This document shows, piece by piece, positions 1 to 12,262 of a stretch of DNA of 64,000 nt. Position 1 is the stretch's first letter, and every line of letters starts with the position of its first letter. The position numbers were made by a program, and so were the translations under genes. The stretch is from Cyanophora paradoxa CCMP329 (lineage: Eukaryota; Plantae; Glaucophyta), in contig QPMI01000469.1 in assembly GCA_004431415.1 (NCBI GenBank), positions 224,259-288,258 of the forward strand, read 5' to 3'. The notes beneath the pieces were generated by a model, which was not told the DNA's origin, made no database searches, and was given only the letters and a program-made list of their open reading frames with translations.

Positions 1-2310
1 GCCCCGAGCGGGAGCGGCGGAAGGGCTCGGGCAGCTCCGCCTCCCCGCGCTGCAGCTGCGCCTCCAGCTCCCGCTCCGCCCGCGCCGCCGCCTCCGCCGC
101 CGCCCGCTCCCGCTGCCGCTCCTCCAGCAGCGACCGCACCGCCGTCTGCCCCCGCGCCCGCCCCGCCCTCAGCGCGGCCCCGGGGGCCCGCACCGCCGCC
201 GGCCGCACCCGGCGCTCGTCCTCGGTCAGCGCCGGCGGCTCCTCCTCCGGCGCCGCCGCCCGCGGCCTCCCTGCAGGGCGCGCGGCGGCCGCCGCCGGGG
301 CGGCGCCGGGCCGGGGCAGGCGGCGGCGGGGAGCAGGCCGCGGTGCGGGCGGGGCGCCGCCGGCGCGCTGCGGAAATCGGCCTCGCTGCGCGGGGGCGGG
401 TGGGCTTGAGGAAGGCGGGGCGGGCGGGGCGGGGCGGGGCGGGGCGGGGGAGCACGCGTCGGGCTCCTCGCGGAGGGCGGGGAGGGCGCGCAGCGAGCGC
501 CCCGAGCGTCCCGAGCCGCCCCCCCACGACGCCAGCCCCGCCACCGGCCCGACGGGGGCGGCGGGGCGGCGGGGCCGGCTCCTCGGGGCGGCGGGCGGGG
601 GCGCGGAGGCGCGTGCGCTGGCGGCGGAGAAGCTGCCGGAGAAGCTGGCGGGGGCGTCGGGGTCGCGCTGGATGGAGGAGGAGCGCTGGATGGAGCGGTT
701 GCGCTCGAGCGTGCGCTCGTCGCTGCGGCGCTGCTCGCCGAGCATCCGCAGCGTCGCCTCCGCGCGCTCCTCGTCGATGCGCCGCCGCTCCTCCTCCTCC
801 GCCTCGAGCTCGGCGAGCAGGGACCGCAGCTCCCGCGTCTGCTGCCGCGCCAGGAAGCCCCGCGCGAAGCGCTGGATGGTGACGACGGCCGCCTCGTCGG
901 TGCTGGCGAGGGGCGGTGGCGCGGCGCCCGTCGCCCGCCGCGCGATCTCGCCCCGCACCTCCTCCCGCACCACGCTCTGCCGCCCCGCTCGCCGGCCGCA
1001 GCGCGCGGCGGGGCGAGCGGGCGGGGCCGGGGCGCACGGCGGAGGCGCCCGGGCTGGCGTCAATGTAGGCGGCAAGGCCGGCGTACTCCTCATCCCCGAC
1101 CCGCCGCTGCATCGACGCCGACCGCACCTGCCGCCGCCCCGCGCCGTCTCAGCCGCGCCGCGCGGGGAAGTGCGGGGCGGGGCGGGCGGACGAAGTCGCG
1201 GTTGCGCTGGAGGAGGGCCTCCTCCTGCTGCCGCTGCGCGTCCATCGCCCGCAGCGTCGCCTCCGCCCGCTCCTCGTCGATGCGCCGCCGCTCCTCCTCC
1301 TCCCGCTCCAGGTCCGCCAGCAGCGTCCGCAGCTCCCGCGTCTGCTGCCGCGCCAGGAAGCCCCGCGCGAAGCGCTGGATGGTGACGACGGCGCCCTCCA
1401 GCGGGTCCTCCCCAGCCGCGGCCTTGCCCGCGGGGGCGGCGTGGAGCGCGGCGGCCTTGCGGGCGCGCAGCGAGAGGCTGTCGAGCTCCTCTCCGAGGGA
1501 CTGCGCGGGGGGTCGGCTCGGCCGGCGGCGCCGGCGGCGCGGGGCGCAGGGGGGCGCACGCGGGCGGTGATCTCGCTCGCGGTGCGCGCCGACTCCTGCG
1601 CCTCAGTGATCGACGAGAGCTGCCGCGACTCGACTGCCGGCCGGCCGCGTCGGCGCGCGCGACGAGGGCGGCGGGCGGGGGCGGGCGGGGCGCACATGCG
1701 ACGTGGTGCGGGGCGGCGGCGTGGAGCGGGCTCCCCGCGTAGCGGATGCCCACATCGAGCGCGCCGACGCCGACCTTGACGAGCTCCATGCGCTGCTCCC
1801 CGCTCGAGAGGCCCCGCAGCTCGATCGCCCCGCGCCCGATCCGCTCGTCCGCCTCGCCCGGCTCCACCAGGTAGACCTGCGCGCCCTTGCCTCAGGCGAG
1901 CGCCGGCCCCGCTGCCGCCGCCAGACGCGCCTCAAACTCGATCTTGGAAGGCGCCGCGGTGTGCGAGCGGTCAATCGGGTAGTCCAGCTCGTCGCCCCAG
2001 ACTGGCGAGGCCGACGCCGCTACGAGGCGCGTTTTCCTCTCCTTGCTCCCGACTATCACGCGGATGAAGAGCTGCATCTTATCTGCGGCGTCGTGCTGGA
2101 TTAACCAACGACTTGGAAGCGCCAGCAAGCGCTCGCTCTGGCGTTACTGTGCAACGAGTGTGATGCGTATTCAAGCACAGGTTTCAAGTTTAGGAATCGC
2201 GCTATGCGTGCAGCTCCGCCCAGGCGAGCCCAGGGTCTAAAGGCACCATCGCGGCTGCTTGTGAACGGGAAGCCAGAGCCCCCGTAGACTTCGACCGTGA
2301 GGACGTTCAT
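1..2310 (-). CDS. C2-domain protein with two IQ (calmodulin-binding) motifs and coiled coil; multi-exon, 3' end beyond window
   Basis: ATG at 2310 (MNVLTVEVYGGSGF). C2-like segment LFIRVIVGSKERKTRLVAASASPVWGDELDYPI. Motif VVTIQRFARGFLARQQTRELR occurs twice (about 1348-1380 and 846-877) inside an internally duplicated segment of about 140 bp. Confidence 0.7.
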
Positions 2311-2590
2311 CTCTCCTCTGCTTCAGCCGCCCCTCAGATCGTCCGTAGCGGTTGCCCTGCAGCTACTAAGCTACTGGTTCTGGCCTAGGCTACTCTCGCT
2401 GGGCAATATCGTTGTATTCTGTCAATTTCAGCCTAGCGGTGCCTGCTCAGCCCAGAGAATGTGCATGTACGGGAACAGTCGGCGGCCGGGTACAAGGCCG
2501 TCCCTGCCGGTCATGGAACTTTCAGTCGGAGCGTCGAGGATGTAGCTCACAAGTGCGAATAGCTAACGCGCATCCTGAACCGACGGACCG

Positions 2591-5500
2591 ATGGCGCCGT
2601 TCGCGGAAGCGCTCGCGGAGGCGCTCGTTCGCGGCGAGAAAGCGGCTTGGAGCGACGTAGCCGCCTCTGTGCGTGCGGATGATTGGAACGACGCAGCCGC
2701 CTCAGTGCTCGTACGCGCGCCACCCGCGCAGCGCGCTTGCCACCTGACCGCACTGCAGGCTTCGCCGTTCGCGCGGGAAGGGCTGCCTGCAGCTGCAGTA
2801 GAAGCGCTTGCGCGGCGCCTGCACGCACTGGATGCTGCGAAATGGGCGGCGTCGTTCGGTCAAGACATGCTTGTGAGGCTCATGGCGCACGGTGGCGGCC
2901 AGGGCGGCGGTGCGACCCAGAGCCGCACGCTGCAGCTGGTTGTGTGCGTGCAGCGGCTGCGGCGGGAGCTGGGCGTGGAGCCGGCGGTGGCGCCGCTGGA
3001 GCTGGGGCTGGTGCGGGAGATGCTGCGGCGGGGGCGTGCGGGTGAGGTGGCGGAGCGCGGCGTGCAACTCCACGTGCGCCGAGCCGCCTGCAGCGCCTCC
3101 CACGCACTTTCACCGCGTCGTTGAGACGGGCATACACGCAGCTGGTGGCGGCGTGGGAGGCGCTGCAGGCGGCCGGGGCGCTGGACGAGGAGGCGGCGGG
3201 GGACGCCCTCCGCGCCGCCGTCCGCTGGCTCGCCGAGCTGCGCCCCGCCCGCGGCGAGGAGGCGGCCGCCTTCACCCGCGACAACCTCCGCCTCGCGCGC
3301 GCCGCCGCCGCCCTGCTCGGCACCCCCGAGCGCGCCCGCCTGGGCCTCCACGAGCTCCTCGCCACCCTCCTCGCGCCCCGGAGCGCCCCGAGGGGGCGGC
3401 GGCGAGGGGGGCCGGCCCTGCAGCCCCTCGCCGCCCTCCTCCAGCGGCTGCCGGCCGCCCAGCACGGGCCCGACGCCGCCGCCTTCATCCAATCCGTCGC
3501 CCCCCGCCTCCCCGACGCCGTCCGCCCCCGCCCGCCCGCCCGCCGGCTCCCGCGGGGGCCGACGCGGCGGCAGGAGCTGGCGGCCGCCCTCGGCGCCTCC
3601 TCCGCTGGCCCCTCGTCCCCGCCGTCGGTGCCCCGCCGCCCCCGCGCCGGCCGCCGGGAGCCGCCGGGGCCGAGGGCGGGGCGGGGCGCAGGGGCGTGGG
3701 TGGAGGTCCTCGTGGGGGCCCTCAAGGCCGCCGCCCGCTTCACCGCTCTCGAGGCCGCCGTCAGCTCCGCCATCCCGCCCCGTCCGCCCGCCCCGCCCCG
3801 CCCGCTGCCGCCCGTGGCGCCGGCGCTGAGCGGGCGGGGCAGTGCTGGCGGGGCGGGGGCGGCGGGGACGCGGGGAACGGCGCTGCGGCTCCTGGCGGGG
3901 GCGCTGCTCGGGGCCACCGGGCGGGGCCCGCCCTCTTCCACGCCGCCCTCGCCGCCCCGCCCTTCCTCGACGCCCTCCGCCGCCTCCGCGCCGAGCAGCC
4001 GCCCGCCCACGCCGCCCTCGCTCCCCTCCTCCACGCCCTCGTGCGCCCGCCCGGCCGCCCCGCCCGCCACGCCCCGGGGCGCGACGGGGGGCAGATGTAC
4101 GCGCACCCGGGGCGGCCCGAGCTCTACGTGCCCCTCCTCGACGCCTTGGCCCCCGAGGCCCGCACGCCCTCCCACGCCCCCGGCCTCCCGGCTCACACTC
4201 GTCCGCAGGCGCCCCCGCCCGAGGCCGAGATGCGCGCCATCCTCGCCGACGCCGCGTGGCGGCCCGAGCCGTGCCCCGGGGCCGCCCCGCTCGCCGCGCC
4301 GCTCTGGGCCTGGGCGGGGAGGAGGAGGGCCGGGGCGCGGGAGCCCGGCGAGCGGGCGGGGCTCGTCAACCTCGGCAACACCTGCGCGCCCCGCCCGCCC
4401 GCCCGCCCCGCCCCAGCCCTCCCGGCCTGACGCCCCGCAGGCTTCGCCAACGCCTTCCTGCAGGCCCTCTTCCACACCGCCCCCTACCGGTCCGCCCGCC
4501 CGCCCCGCACCCTTCCCCCGCCCAGGACCGCCTGAGGGCGGGCAGGGAGGGCGTGCTGCAGGCGGGGCCGCGGGCGGGGCCGGGGCGGGGGAGGCGGCGG
4601 TGGCGGGGCGGCTGCAGGAGGTGATGGCGCTGCTGCGGGACGGGGCGCGGCGGGCGGTCGCCCCGGGGCGCTGGTGGCGGCGCTGCCGGAGTGGCTGCGG
4701 GACGGGCGCCAGCAGGACGCCGCCGAGTTCGGCCGCACCCTCCTCGACGCCGCCGACGCCGCCCTCGGCCCCGCCGCCCCCGCCCACCAGGCCCCACCCG
4801 GAGCCGCCCCCGCCGCCGCCGGCCCCGAGGCCCCCGCCGAGCGCCCGCCCCTCCGCAGGAGGCTGCGTCGGGCTCGGGCGGGGCGGGGCGGGGCGGGGCG
4901 CTGGGGGAGGCTGTGTTCGGGGGCGTGCTGCGGACGGTGGTGCGCTGCGGGCGCTGCGGGGCGGAGTCGGCGCGCTCGCAGCCCTTCCTCGACCTCCCCG
5001 TCCCCGTCCCCGCCGAGGCCGGCCCCGCCCCCGCCCCCCTGGAGGCCCTGCTCGAGGCGGCGCTGGCGCCCGAGGCGCTGGGGGACCCCTACCGCTGCGA
5101 GCGCTGCGAGGCGCTCGTCCCCGCGACGCGGCTCACGGCGGTCGAGGCCGCCCCCGCGCACCTTCTCGTCACCCTCCTCCGCTTCGCCTACGACCCCGCC
5201 GCCGGCGAGCGCGCCAAGCTGCTCACCCCCGTGGCCCTCCCCGAGCGCCTGCGGCTCCCCGGGGCGGGCGGGGCCGCCTACGCCCTCTACGCCGCCGTCC
5301 TCCACTCGGGCCGTTCGGCGGCGCACGGCCACTACTACGCCGCCTGCCGCGACTCGGGCGAGCCCGGCGGCGCCTGGGCCCTCCTCAACGACTCGGCCGC
5401 CGCCGCCTCGAGCTTCCCCGCCCTCCAGGGCATCCCCGCCCGCCTCCTCGCCGATACCGCCTACATCCTCTTCTACGCCCGGGAGGACCCGCCGGCCCCC

Positions 5501-5692
5501 GCGGCGCCCCGCCTGCCCCTCCCGCCCCGCCTCGCCGCCCTCGTCGCCGCAGACTCCGCCGCCCTCCACTCCGAGGCCGCAGCCCGCCGCCGCGCCCTCC
5601 CAGGGGCCCGCCACCCCGCCTTCCCCCCGGGGCCCGGCCCGGGGCCCGGCGCCGGCCCCGGAGGCGGCCCGGGGCCCCGCGCCATCTTCTAG
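2591..5692 (+). CDS. Ubiquitin carboxyl-terminal hydrolase, USP35/USP38-like (multi-exon)
   Basis: Cys box GLVNLGNTC|FANAFLQALF (split by GC-AG intron 4384-4440). Also QQDAAEF, CGRC...PFLDL, His box VLHSGRSAAHGHYY, WALLNDS and TAYILFYAR. The upstream MYAHPGRPELYVPLLDAL resembles the USP35/38 pre-catalytic motif. Start codon approximate. Confidence 0.88.
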
Positions 5693-6220
5693 ATCCAGCG
5701 CCCCCGCCGCCGTTCATCACGAATCGAAACAGAAGCATCGTGCGCTGCCGCAGCCTGGCAGTGCGGCATGCGCACTCAGGCATACTAGTGTATGAATTCG
5801 CACGCACCGAGACAAATGGCTATGAATAGAACTCTCGCAGTTTAGTGACCGGATCCGGGATCCATCTAGATCTGTTCAAGTCGAGAGATGCCATGATGAG
5901 CCAACAGGAACAAGCTTTTCAGACTCTGAGACGTCGAAGGCTCATGATCATGATCAGGGGCTGCCCCGAGGACTAGGTCTAGCGCTGCGCTAGGGGGAAG
6001 GGAGTGACTACCCGATCGAGGGCCGAGGCTAAGGTCTGTGACTAGACCGACAGCTACGAGGGTGCTGGCCTCTGGGCGCCTCCGATGCGAACGAAATATA
6101 ATGAAGAGAAGCGGCATCCAATAAATGATATAAAATATGTTTGGTGTGAAGCAGCGAGGAAAGAGAAGAAAGACGATATCGATAAATCTAGAAGAGCGGG
6201 CTCGAGACTGGCCGGCGCCC

Positions 6221-6792
6221 TCACGGGGCCTGTGGCTGGCCTGATTGAGGAGCGGAGGCGGCAGACGGTGAGGGAGCTCGAGGAGGAGAAGGCGGCGGTG
6301 GCAGCGAGCCCTGGGTCTCGGGCCACTGAGGGGGAGTCGGCGAGGAATCCGCTGATGGGAGCCGCTCCTTGAAAACGCTGATCTGTAGGCGAGAGAGCGG
6401 GTCGGCGAGCGTGTTCTCGAGGCCCGGGACGTGTACAGCGCGAAACTCGAAATGGTGGAGGGCGGAAAGGCGGTAGAGGGAGCGGAGGAGGGGAGCGAGG
6501 GCCGGCTGCGAAATGCGGCCGCCGGAAAGGGCATGGAAGCTTAAGACAGGTTTACAGTCGGTTTCAAAAATAATTCGCTGCTGCTGCCAGCTGGGGCCCC
6601 AGGTCGCCGCTGCGATGACGAGGGCCATCAGCTCGCGCCAGGGCATGCTGCGAGTCGTGCCCTCTGGCCAAGATCCGAAGGTCCACGAGCTGCCGAAAAC
6701 TGCGCCGAAGCCGAGATTGCTGGCGTCGGTCTGGATTCGCAGCACCTTGGCCGACTGCCAGTCAGACGTGTACAGCGCGAAACTCGAAATGG
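6221..6792 (-). mobile_element. Remnant of a tyrosine-recombinase retrotransposon (DIRS/Ngaro-type RNase H domain)
   Basis: Intronless ORF reading IQTDASNLGFGAVFGSSW...WRELMALVIAAATWG...IIFETDCKPV...FRAVHVPGLENTLADPLSR, the RNase H signature of DIRS1/Ngaro elements. No RT or YR domain recognisable on either side. Confidence 0.8.
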
Positions 6793-6890
6793 GCGAGGGC
6801 CGCGGGCCGCGGGCGAAAGGGGAAGCAGAGAAGCTAAATCTTCACTCGGTGAGTCTGAGCCACTCTCAGGCTCTAGATCTGTACACGCAA

Positions 6891-9462
6891 CACAGCGGTT
6901 CAAGAACCGGGAAGAAATTCCAGTGGAAAACCTCCGCAAGTACCGTGAAAAAACTCGAAGGGACCTCGAAAGTACAAAGCGGGGTAGAGGCAGCTAAGGT
7001 ACCGAGTTACTTCCGGCACCGAAACCAGGATCGGCCACCAAAACAGCGTCGGCCCGAAGTCTTGTCCGAGGCCGTAGCTAGGCGCTCCCGCTGCAGCAAT
7101 GGAGTCATATCGATCAATACAGGTGTCTCTGATGCCAAGCGCGCGCCCCCGAAGCGATTCAGGTGCAGTCCGAGCGAACTGCGTCGTCCCACTCGTTTGA
7201 CGCACTCCGAACAGCAGCCAGGTCGCCGGAGAGTACAGGCAGTCCGAATGTGGGCTAATGGCTGTCGAGCAGCGCAGGCAGGTGCTGTTTTTCAAAGTTG
7301 CCGCTAACGGTCACATTGCACTGAGCCAATTCCGGCCGCAGGCAAGCTCTCCTGCTGGCTGAAACGCATCTAATGACACTGTACAGCAGGCCAGAGTGCT
7401 GCGCCGCTGCCGCCGCTGCCGATTAGGTGTGGTGCTGTCGCCGCCGCCGCCGCCCCACTCTTTTAACGTAGCGCAGATCATGCAGACCAGCTGACATGCA
7501 AGCCGTGTCGTCGGTAGAAGCAGATTCTGTCTTCTTGGCCGCCCGCCTTCATGGTCCGCCGCCCGCTTGCATGCTCTCGACCGTCGGACCGTCCGACTGA
7601 CGCACGGCCTGCACCGATTGCAGCTAGCACGGCTGGCGGCAGCATGCTATAGCAGAGCTTTCTGAGCGGTGCAGCAATGCCGCGGTCCGTTCGGTTTCCT
7701 TTTTCCGGTTGTCCGCTCTGTCTCCGCCTGCTGACTATGATCGTACGCAGCCAGACGGTGCTGTGCCAGTGCTGTTCTGATGGTTTAGAAGCGGTTGTGT
7801 TGTTTCGGCGGAGCTGCTGCATCGACGAGCAGCCCGGCCGCCTCGCTAGCGCTCCGCCGGCCGGCCGGCCGGTGCTTCTCGAACCCTGCCGCTTCTAGCT
7901 GCTGCTTGCCCCGCACTGCTAGCGCTAGATAGCGTGGCTTTCAATATCACTGGAGCGCAACTACCGCAGCCAGGCCGCTCTAGATCTGCTGCCGTCTGGC
8001 AGGTCGCGTCCTGTGGGCGCTGTTCGGCCTAGCCTAGGATTCTGTGATCTGTTCGTGTTTTAGCGAAGAACACACTCTCACATCCAGTCTCAGCTCGCAC
8101 GGCGCAGCTTGGGGCTTGGTTTGTTCTTTTGGGATCAGGGCTCTTGCATCCTGGCGCGCGTACGCGTACTGCAGCAGATCTGAGCATGCATGTGGGCATA
8201 TTATAGCTTGCCCGAGCCTTGGATCACGCGGCGCCGCGCCCAGCAAGCCGAGGAAGCTGGTCCGCGGGGCCCGCACCCCGTCCACTTCGCACGCCGTCAT
8301 TCAATGCCTGGTCCGTTGCGAGCCCTCCGAGGCCTTGCATTGAAGAGGGAACTCACTTTGACACCGCGCGAACGTTCCGGGGATGAGCTCCGCGACGTTC
8401 CCTTGACGCGCGACGCGCTGATCCAGTGACTCATGATCAGTGACATGTGGTGCGGGGTAAGCGAGTTCGCGACTCGCGATCGGCGACGTGAAAGCTGCAG
8501 GCGAGCTGTATATGGCCTTATTTAATGGTATCATGCTTAGTTATAGCTGCCGCCACACTTGCCAAGTTGCCAACTTCTCGACCTTCTTCCATTCTGAAAT
8601 GGCAGGTCAGTTTCATGCAAGTCAGGTAGGCTGTTTTGAAATATTTTGATGCGGTTTTTTGGCAAATCTTCGGAGGCGGCGCGCGCGCTTCCGCCGGCTG
8701 CTTCTATGCATTATAGGCCGTAACTGATGTATTTTGGAGCTTTATAGGCTGCCGGGGCCGCGCGCGACCCTCGTCCTCCTGGCATTGGCACTGTCACTGA
8801 GCCTGGGAGCAGGAACGGTTTTCAGAGCCAAACATGGACATGCGGCGCGTGCGCTTCACATTACATCGTCATTGCACTGTTACAAAACTCTAAAAGCCCT
8901 AAAAGTGTATCTCGCCGCGCCCGGCCGCGCCCGGCCGCGCCCGGCCGCGCCTCTGCCAGCCTCTGCCACCCGCGCCGCGCCGCGCCGCCCCGCGTCAGCT
9001 CTTCCGTCCGCCGCGCGGCCTTAGCTTAAGCTTGTTGGCCTCCGCGCGCCAAGTCTAGTTTTTTTCGGGTTCGCGATCGCGTGGCGATCGAGTGGCGATC
9101 ACACGCCGATCATCATAGCGGGAAAAAACGAAAATTTTTATCGGGACAATCGATAATTCCATCGGGACAACCCCACGTAGTTTGACACGCTGATCACGAT
9201 GGTGCTAACCGCATGACCTGCAAAAATCGCTGTGGAGCTATATAAATCGCCGAAGGATTCTTCCTTTCGCTGCGGCGATTTATCCCCGGGGTCGAACTGG
9301 GGGGGTTGGGCTCGGGATACGTGATTTGTTTTTGCAATTTTTTCGACTCGGCTTTGACGTCAATTTGACGGTTCGCCGGTAGCTCGGAGGCTTTTAGCTC
9401 CTAGACCCGGCTCTTTGCGGTAAGTGCGACTGGAGTTTTTTCACGGTCCTTGAACCGCTGTG
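6891..9462. mobile_element. Putative non-autonomous DNA transposon with CAC...GTG termini (CMC/Chapaev/Transib-like)
   Basis: Left end CACAGCGGTTCAAGAACCGGGAAGAAATTCCAGT; reverse complement of right end CACAGCGGTTCAAGGACCGTGAAAAAACTCCAGT (30/34 identical). Subterminal copy ACCGTGAAAAAACTC at about 6942. CAA flanks both sides. No transposase seen. Confidence 0.65.
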
Positions 9463-10180
9463 CAAGCTACGCGTACGGCCCGTCGTGTCGCCGGCACCGT
9501 GTCACGGCGGGCCCGGGGCGCGCGCCGCGGCTAGCGCTGGGGGTTCGCTCGTCCGGATCCGGACCCGGGATCCGGAGCGTGCCCGGTGGCCTGCATGCAG
9601 CTGGTAGCTATAGATCATGATCAGCTAGATCTAGAGCGGCCGGGCTCCGAGGCTCAGAGAGTCGGTTGAAGGCTAGGGTGGTCGGGGCTCAGTCATGATT
9701 AATATTAGTGAGTCGGAGAGAGGGGGGGGGGGGGGGGGGGGGAGGGAGCTGAGGATTCGGTGCGGGACCCGGGAGCTCGAGGGGACGGCCGCGGGGAAGG
9801 ACGTCGACCGGGTCGATCAGGCAGCCGCGGTCGGGGGGGGTCCCGGGGAAGGGAGGGGGGGGGGGGGGAGGCTCGAGGTTCCAGTACTAGTGGCGCATTC
9901 CGCCGGGTTTCCAGCCACCTGTGGATGCACTGCGGCACTCGAGCTCCGTGACTGTCTCAACTTATGAAGCACGTATAAATCAAGTGTCTGTGCTCGAAAT
10001 CGTGTAATATTAATTACTTTAAAGCACGGCATGGTGATACAAAGATACTTATCGAGTATCGAAATCAAATCAAGCCCAATCTTCAAGCTAAACATACTGC
10101 TGCCTGCATTGAAACTGTGCTGAAAAAAAGGGGGCACTTGGTACTACGGTAATAGCTGGCGTTGTCAAAGGCCAGCGTGC

Positions 10181-11360
10181 TCAGCGGCTGGGGGCAGCGG
10201 TCAGGCGGCAAACGGGGGAAGGCGGGAGAGGCGGTGAGCGAGGGCGTCGGGGCTGGAACGGGCCCCGCTGCAGGCGCGCGGGGCCTGCGCGCCGGCCGCC
10301 CGCGAGTGGTCGAGGTCGCGCCAGTATCCGGCGGCCTCGTGGTCGGGGGCCGGGGCACGGGCCCGCGCGGGGCGGGGGCGGGGCGGGCGGGGGCCGGAGG
10401 GCGGCGTGGCGGGCCATGAGGGCGGCGTGGGCGCGCTGGGCGCGGAGGGAGCGGTCGGAGGAGGGGGCCGTGCTGAGGGTCGAGGAGCGCGAGGTGGCCC
10501 CCCCCGAGGCCTCGCTCTCCGCCGCCTCCGCCACCACCCCCTCGCCCCACGGCACGCAGTCCCCCGCCTCCCACCCCTCGTCCCCCGCCGGCACCGGCGT
10601 CTCCCGCGCCGACCCCTCCCATCCCCTCCCCGCCCGCCCCGCCCCCGGCCCCTCCTGCCTCCTCGAGCTCCCGCCCTTGGGCGACCGGCCCGCTCCCATC
10701 CTCCTCCGCACCGACAGGTACGCCCGGTAGTGCTTGTCTGCGGATCCGAAGGGTCGACGAGGGCCTTACCGAGGCCCGAGGGGGGACTGGGCGTCGACGG
10801 CGGACGGCGGGGCGCACCGAGCGGGTGCTCCCACTGGCTCACGTCGGTCTCATCGTTGTAGAAGTAGAGGCGCCCCTGCCCGTCGTCGATCTGGCGCCAC
10901 GGCGCCGGCAGCGGTGCGTCGTAGCTGCAGATGGATTTTATTGGCGCGTTGATCGAGACAGGACAATTTTGGTCGGTCCGGAAAACATACGCTTCTTCGG
11001 CGATGGAGAGCAGGTGCGGCTCCAGCTCAGGGTCAATGCCAAGCGTGTGCACTGCGAACGAGACTATCTCCTGCAACGCAAGGCTCAGCACGCTTGCACG
11101 AGCTATAGCTACGCTGAGCCGCGAGGGCGCACGTCCTCATAGTCGGCAGCCAGCCTCCGAACAACGGTGCGCTCCGCGGGAACCCCGGCATCGTCGACGG
11201 GCATCTCGGGTGTTAAGTAGTCTCTCTGCGTAGGAGACGTGCTGCTTCCCCGACTCGACGCCCAGCGGGCGGTCGAAGACGAGCGAGGCGCGCTTCCGAT
11301 TCCGGCGCCGTCATCGGCCGCACCGGGCTCCCCCGACGCGGATCTAGACGGGCTCGGCAT
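10181..11360 (-). CDS. CEP164 N-terminal-like WW-domain protein, paralog 1
   Basis: Spliced: RLAADYED|EIVSFAVHTLGIDPELEPHLLSIAEEA|YDAPLPAPWRQIDDGQGRLYFYNDETDVSQWEHPL|DKHYRAYL. GT-AG introns fit. Confidence 0.8.
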
Positions 11361-11815
11361 TGCAAAGCTTGCTGCCTCCTTGAGACGCAGCTTGAGGGCG
11401 CGGGGAGGCGGCGCTGGTTTATTCCTGCACGATGCTTCCTCGGTTCAAGTTAGCTGTGGATCCCGGAGAGCTCCTCGCGAAGCTAGACCAAGGCGAAGGT
11501 TCGATGGATGATCTGCTGTTGCTTGCTGCTGTTGCTGCTGCTCCCGGAGTCCTCAGCTGCTGCTGCTCAGCTGCTGCTGCTGCTCATGATCATCAGCTGC
11601 ATGTTGAGCAGCTAGCGCTTCATCGATATCAGTGTTGCTCTAGCAAGCGCTCAGGTGGCCATTGCCCATAGCCACGTACCCGGCAGTACTAGTACGAACG
11701 GCGCCGCCGCGCCGCTTTTGATGAACTATTATCATTATCGACCCGCGGCCGGCCCAAATTATAATGTTATATATATACAATATTGAGTAAAGATTCAAAA
11801 CACTTATTACATATA

Positions 11816-11991
11816 CCCGCGCTTTAGCGCAGTGGTATAAGGTCGTGCTACGACCTCCCGGATTCCCGGGTTCGGTTCCTGCTGTTTCCGCTACGTTGTA
11901 CTTCGAATCCTTGTGATTCCCGATACCGTGACTTGTATCCTCGTTGTGTACTACGAGTGGGCACGCCCACCGTAGATCTTTAAAAAAAAAA
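11816..11991 (+). mobile_element. tRNA-derived SINE with poly(A) tail and 12-bp target-site duplication
   Basis: A box TAGCGCAGTGG (11825-11835) and B box GGTTCGGTTCC (11869-11879). Anticodon-like stem-loop AGGTC-GTGCTAC-GACCT. 3' hairpin CTACG(A)GTGGGC-AC-GCCCAC-CGTAG. A10 tail 11982-11991. TTATTACATATA at 11804-11815 and 11992-12003. Confidence 0.85.
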
Positions 11992-12262
11992 TTATTACAT
12001 ATAGCTATTTCTTATAATTATTTTCTCGTGCGCAAGCGGACCGTCAACTCGAAGATTCGTGATGAATCCGGATCGACCAGCCAGGAGGGTACAGATTAAT
12101 TTTGTGCTATGAATTCGAAAAAACACACCGAAACATTCGCGATTGGCGCACCGATTGCGAGCTTCACGGCTTGCGAGCTTGCAATTGCGATCGAGTTGGA
12201 TCCGGAGTCGACGTCTGGACTCCGGGAATCCGGATCCGGAGTCCGGATCCGGACCGGCGCAA

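Noticed and set aside
7020-8530. Gag, RT or transposase coding remnants inside the CAC-ended element
   Set aside because: Short ORFs only; no YxDD, zinc knuckle or DDE motif found.
9720-9870. Long poly-G tracts (also about 20353 and 60725) as functional G-quadruplex elements
   Set aside because: G/C runs are ubiquitous here and their lengths are unreliable; nothing specific supports a function.
9880-9940. Minus-strand QCIHRWLETRR resembling the end of a RING-H2 finger
   Set aside because: Only about 11 residues, with no upstream Cys/His ligands or final CxxC. At most a decayed fragment.
11816-11892. Functional tRNA-Ser(GCT) gene
   Set aside because: The acceptor stem does not pair and the D-arm is incomplete. 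Poly(A) and a TSD show it is a SINE head.
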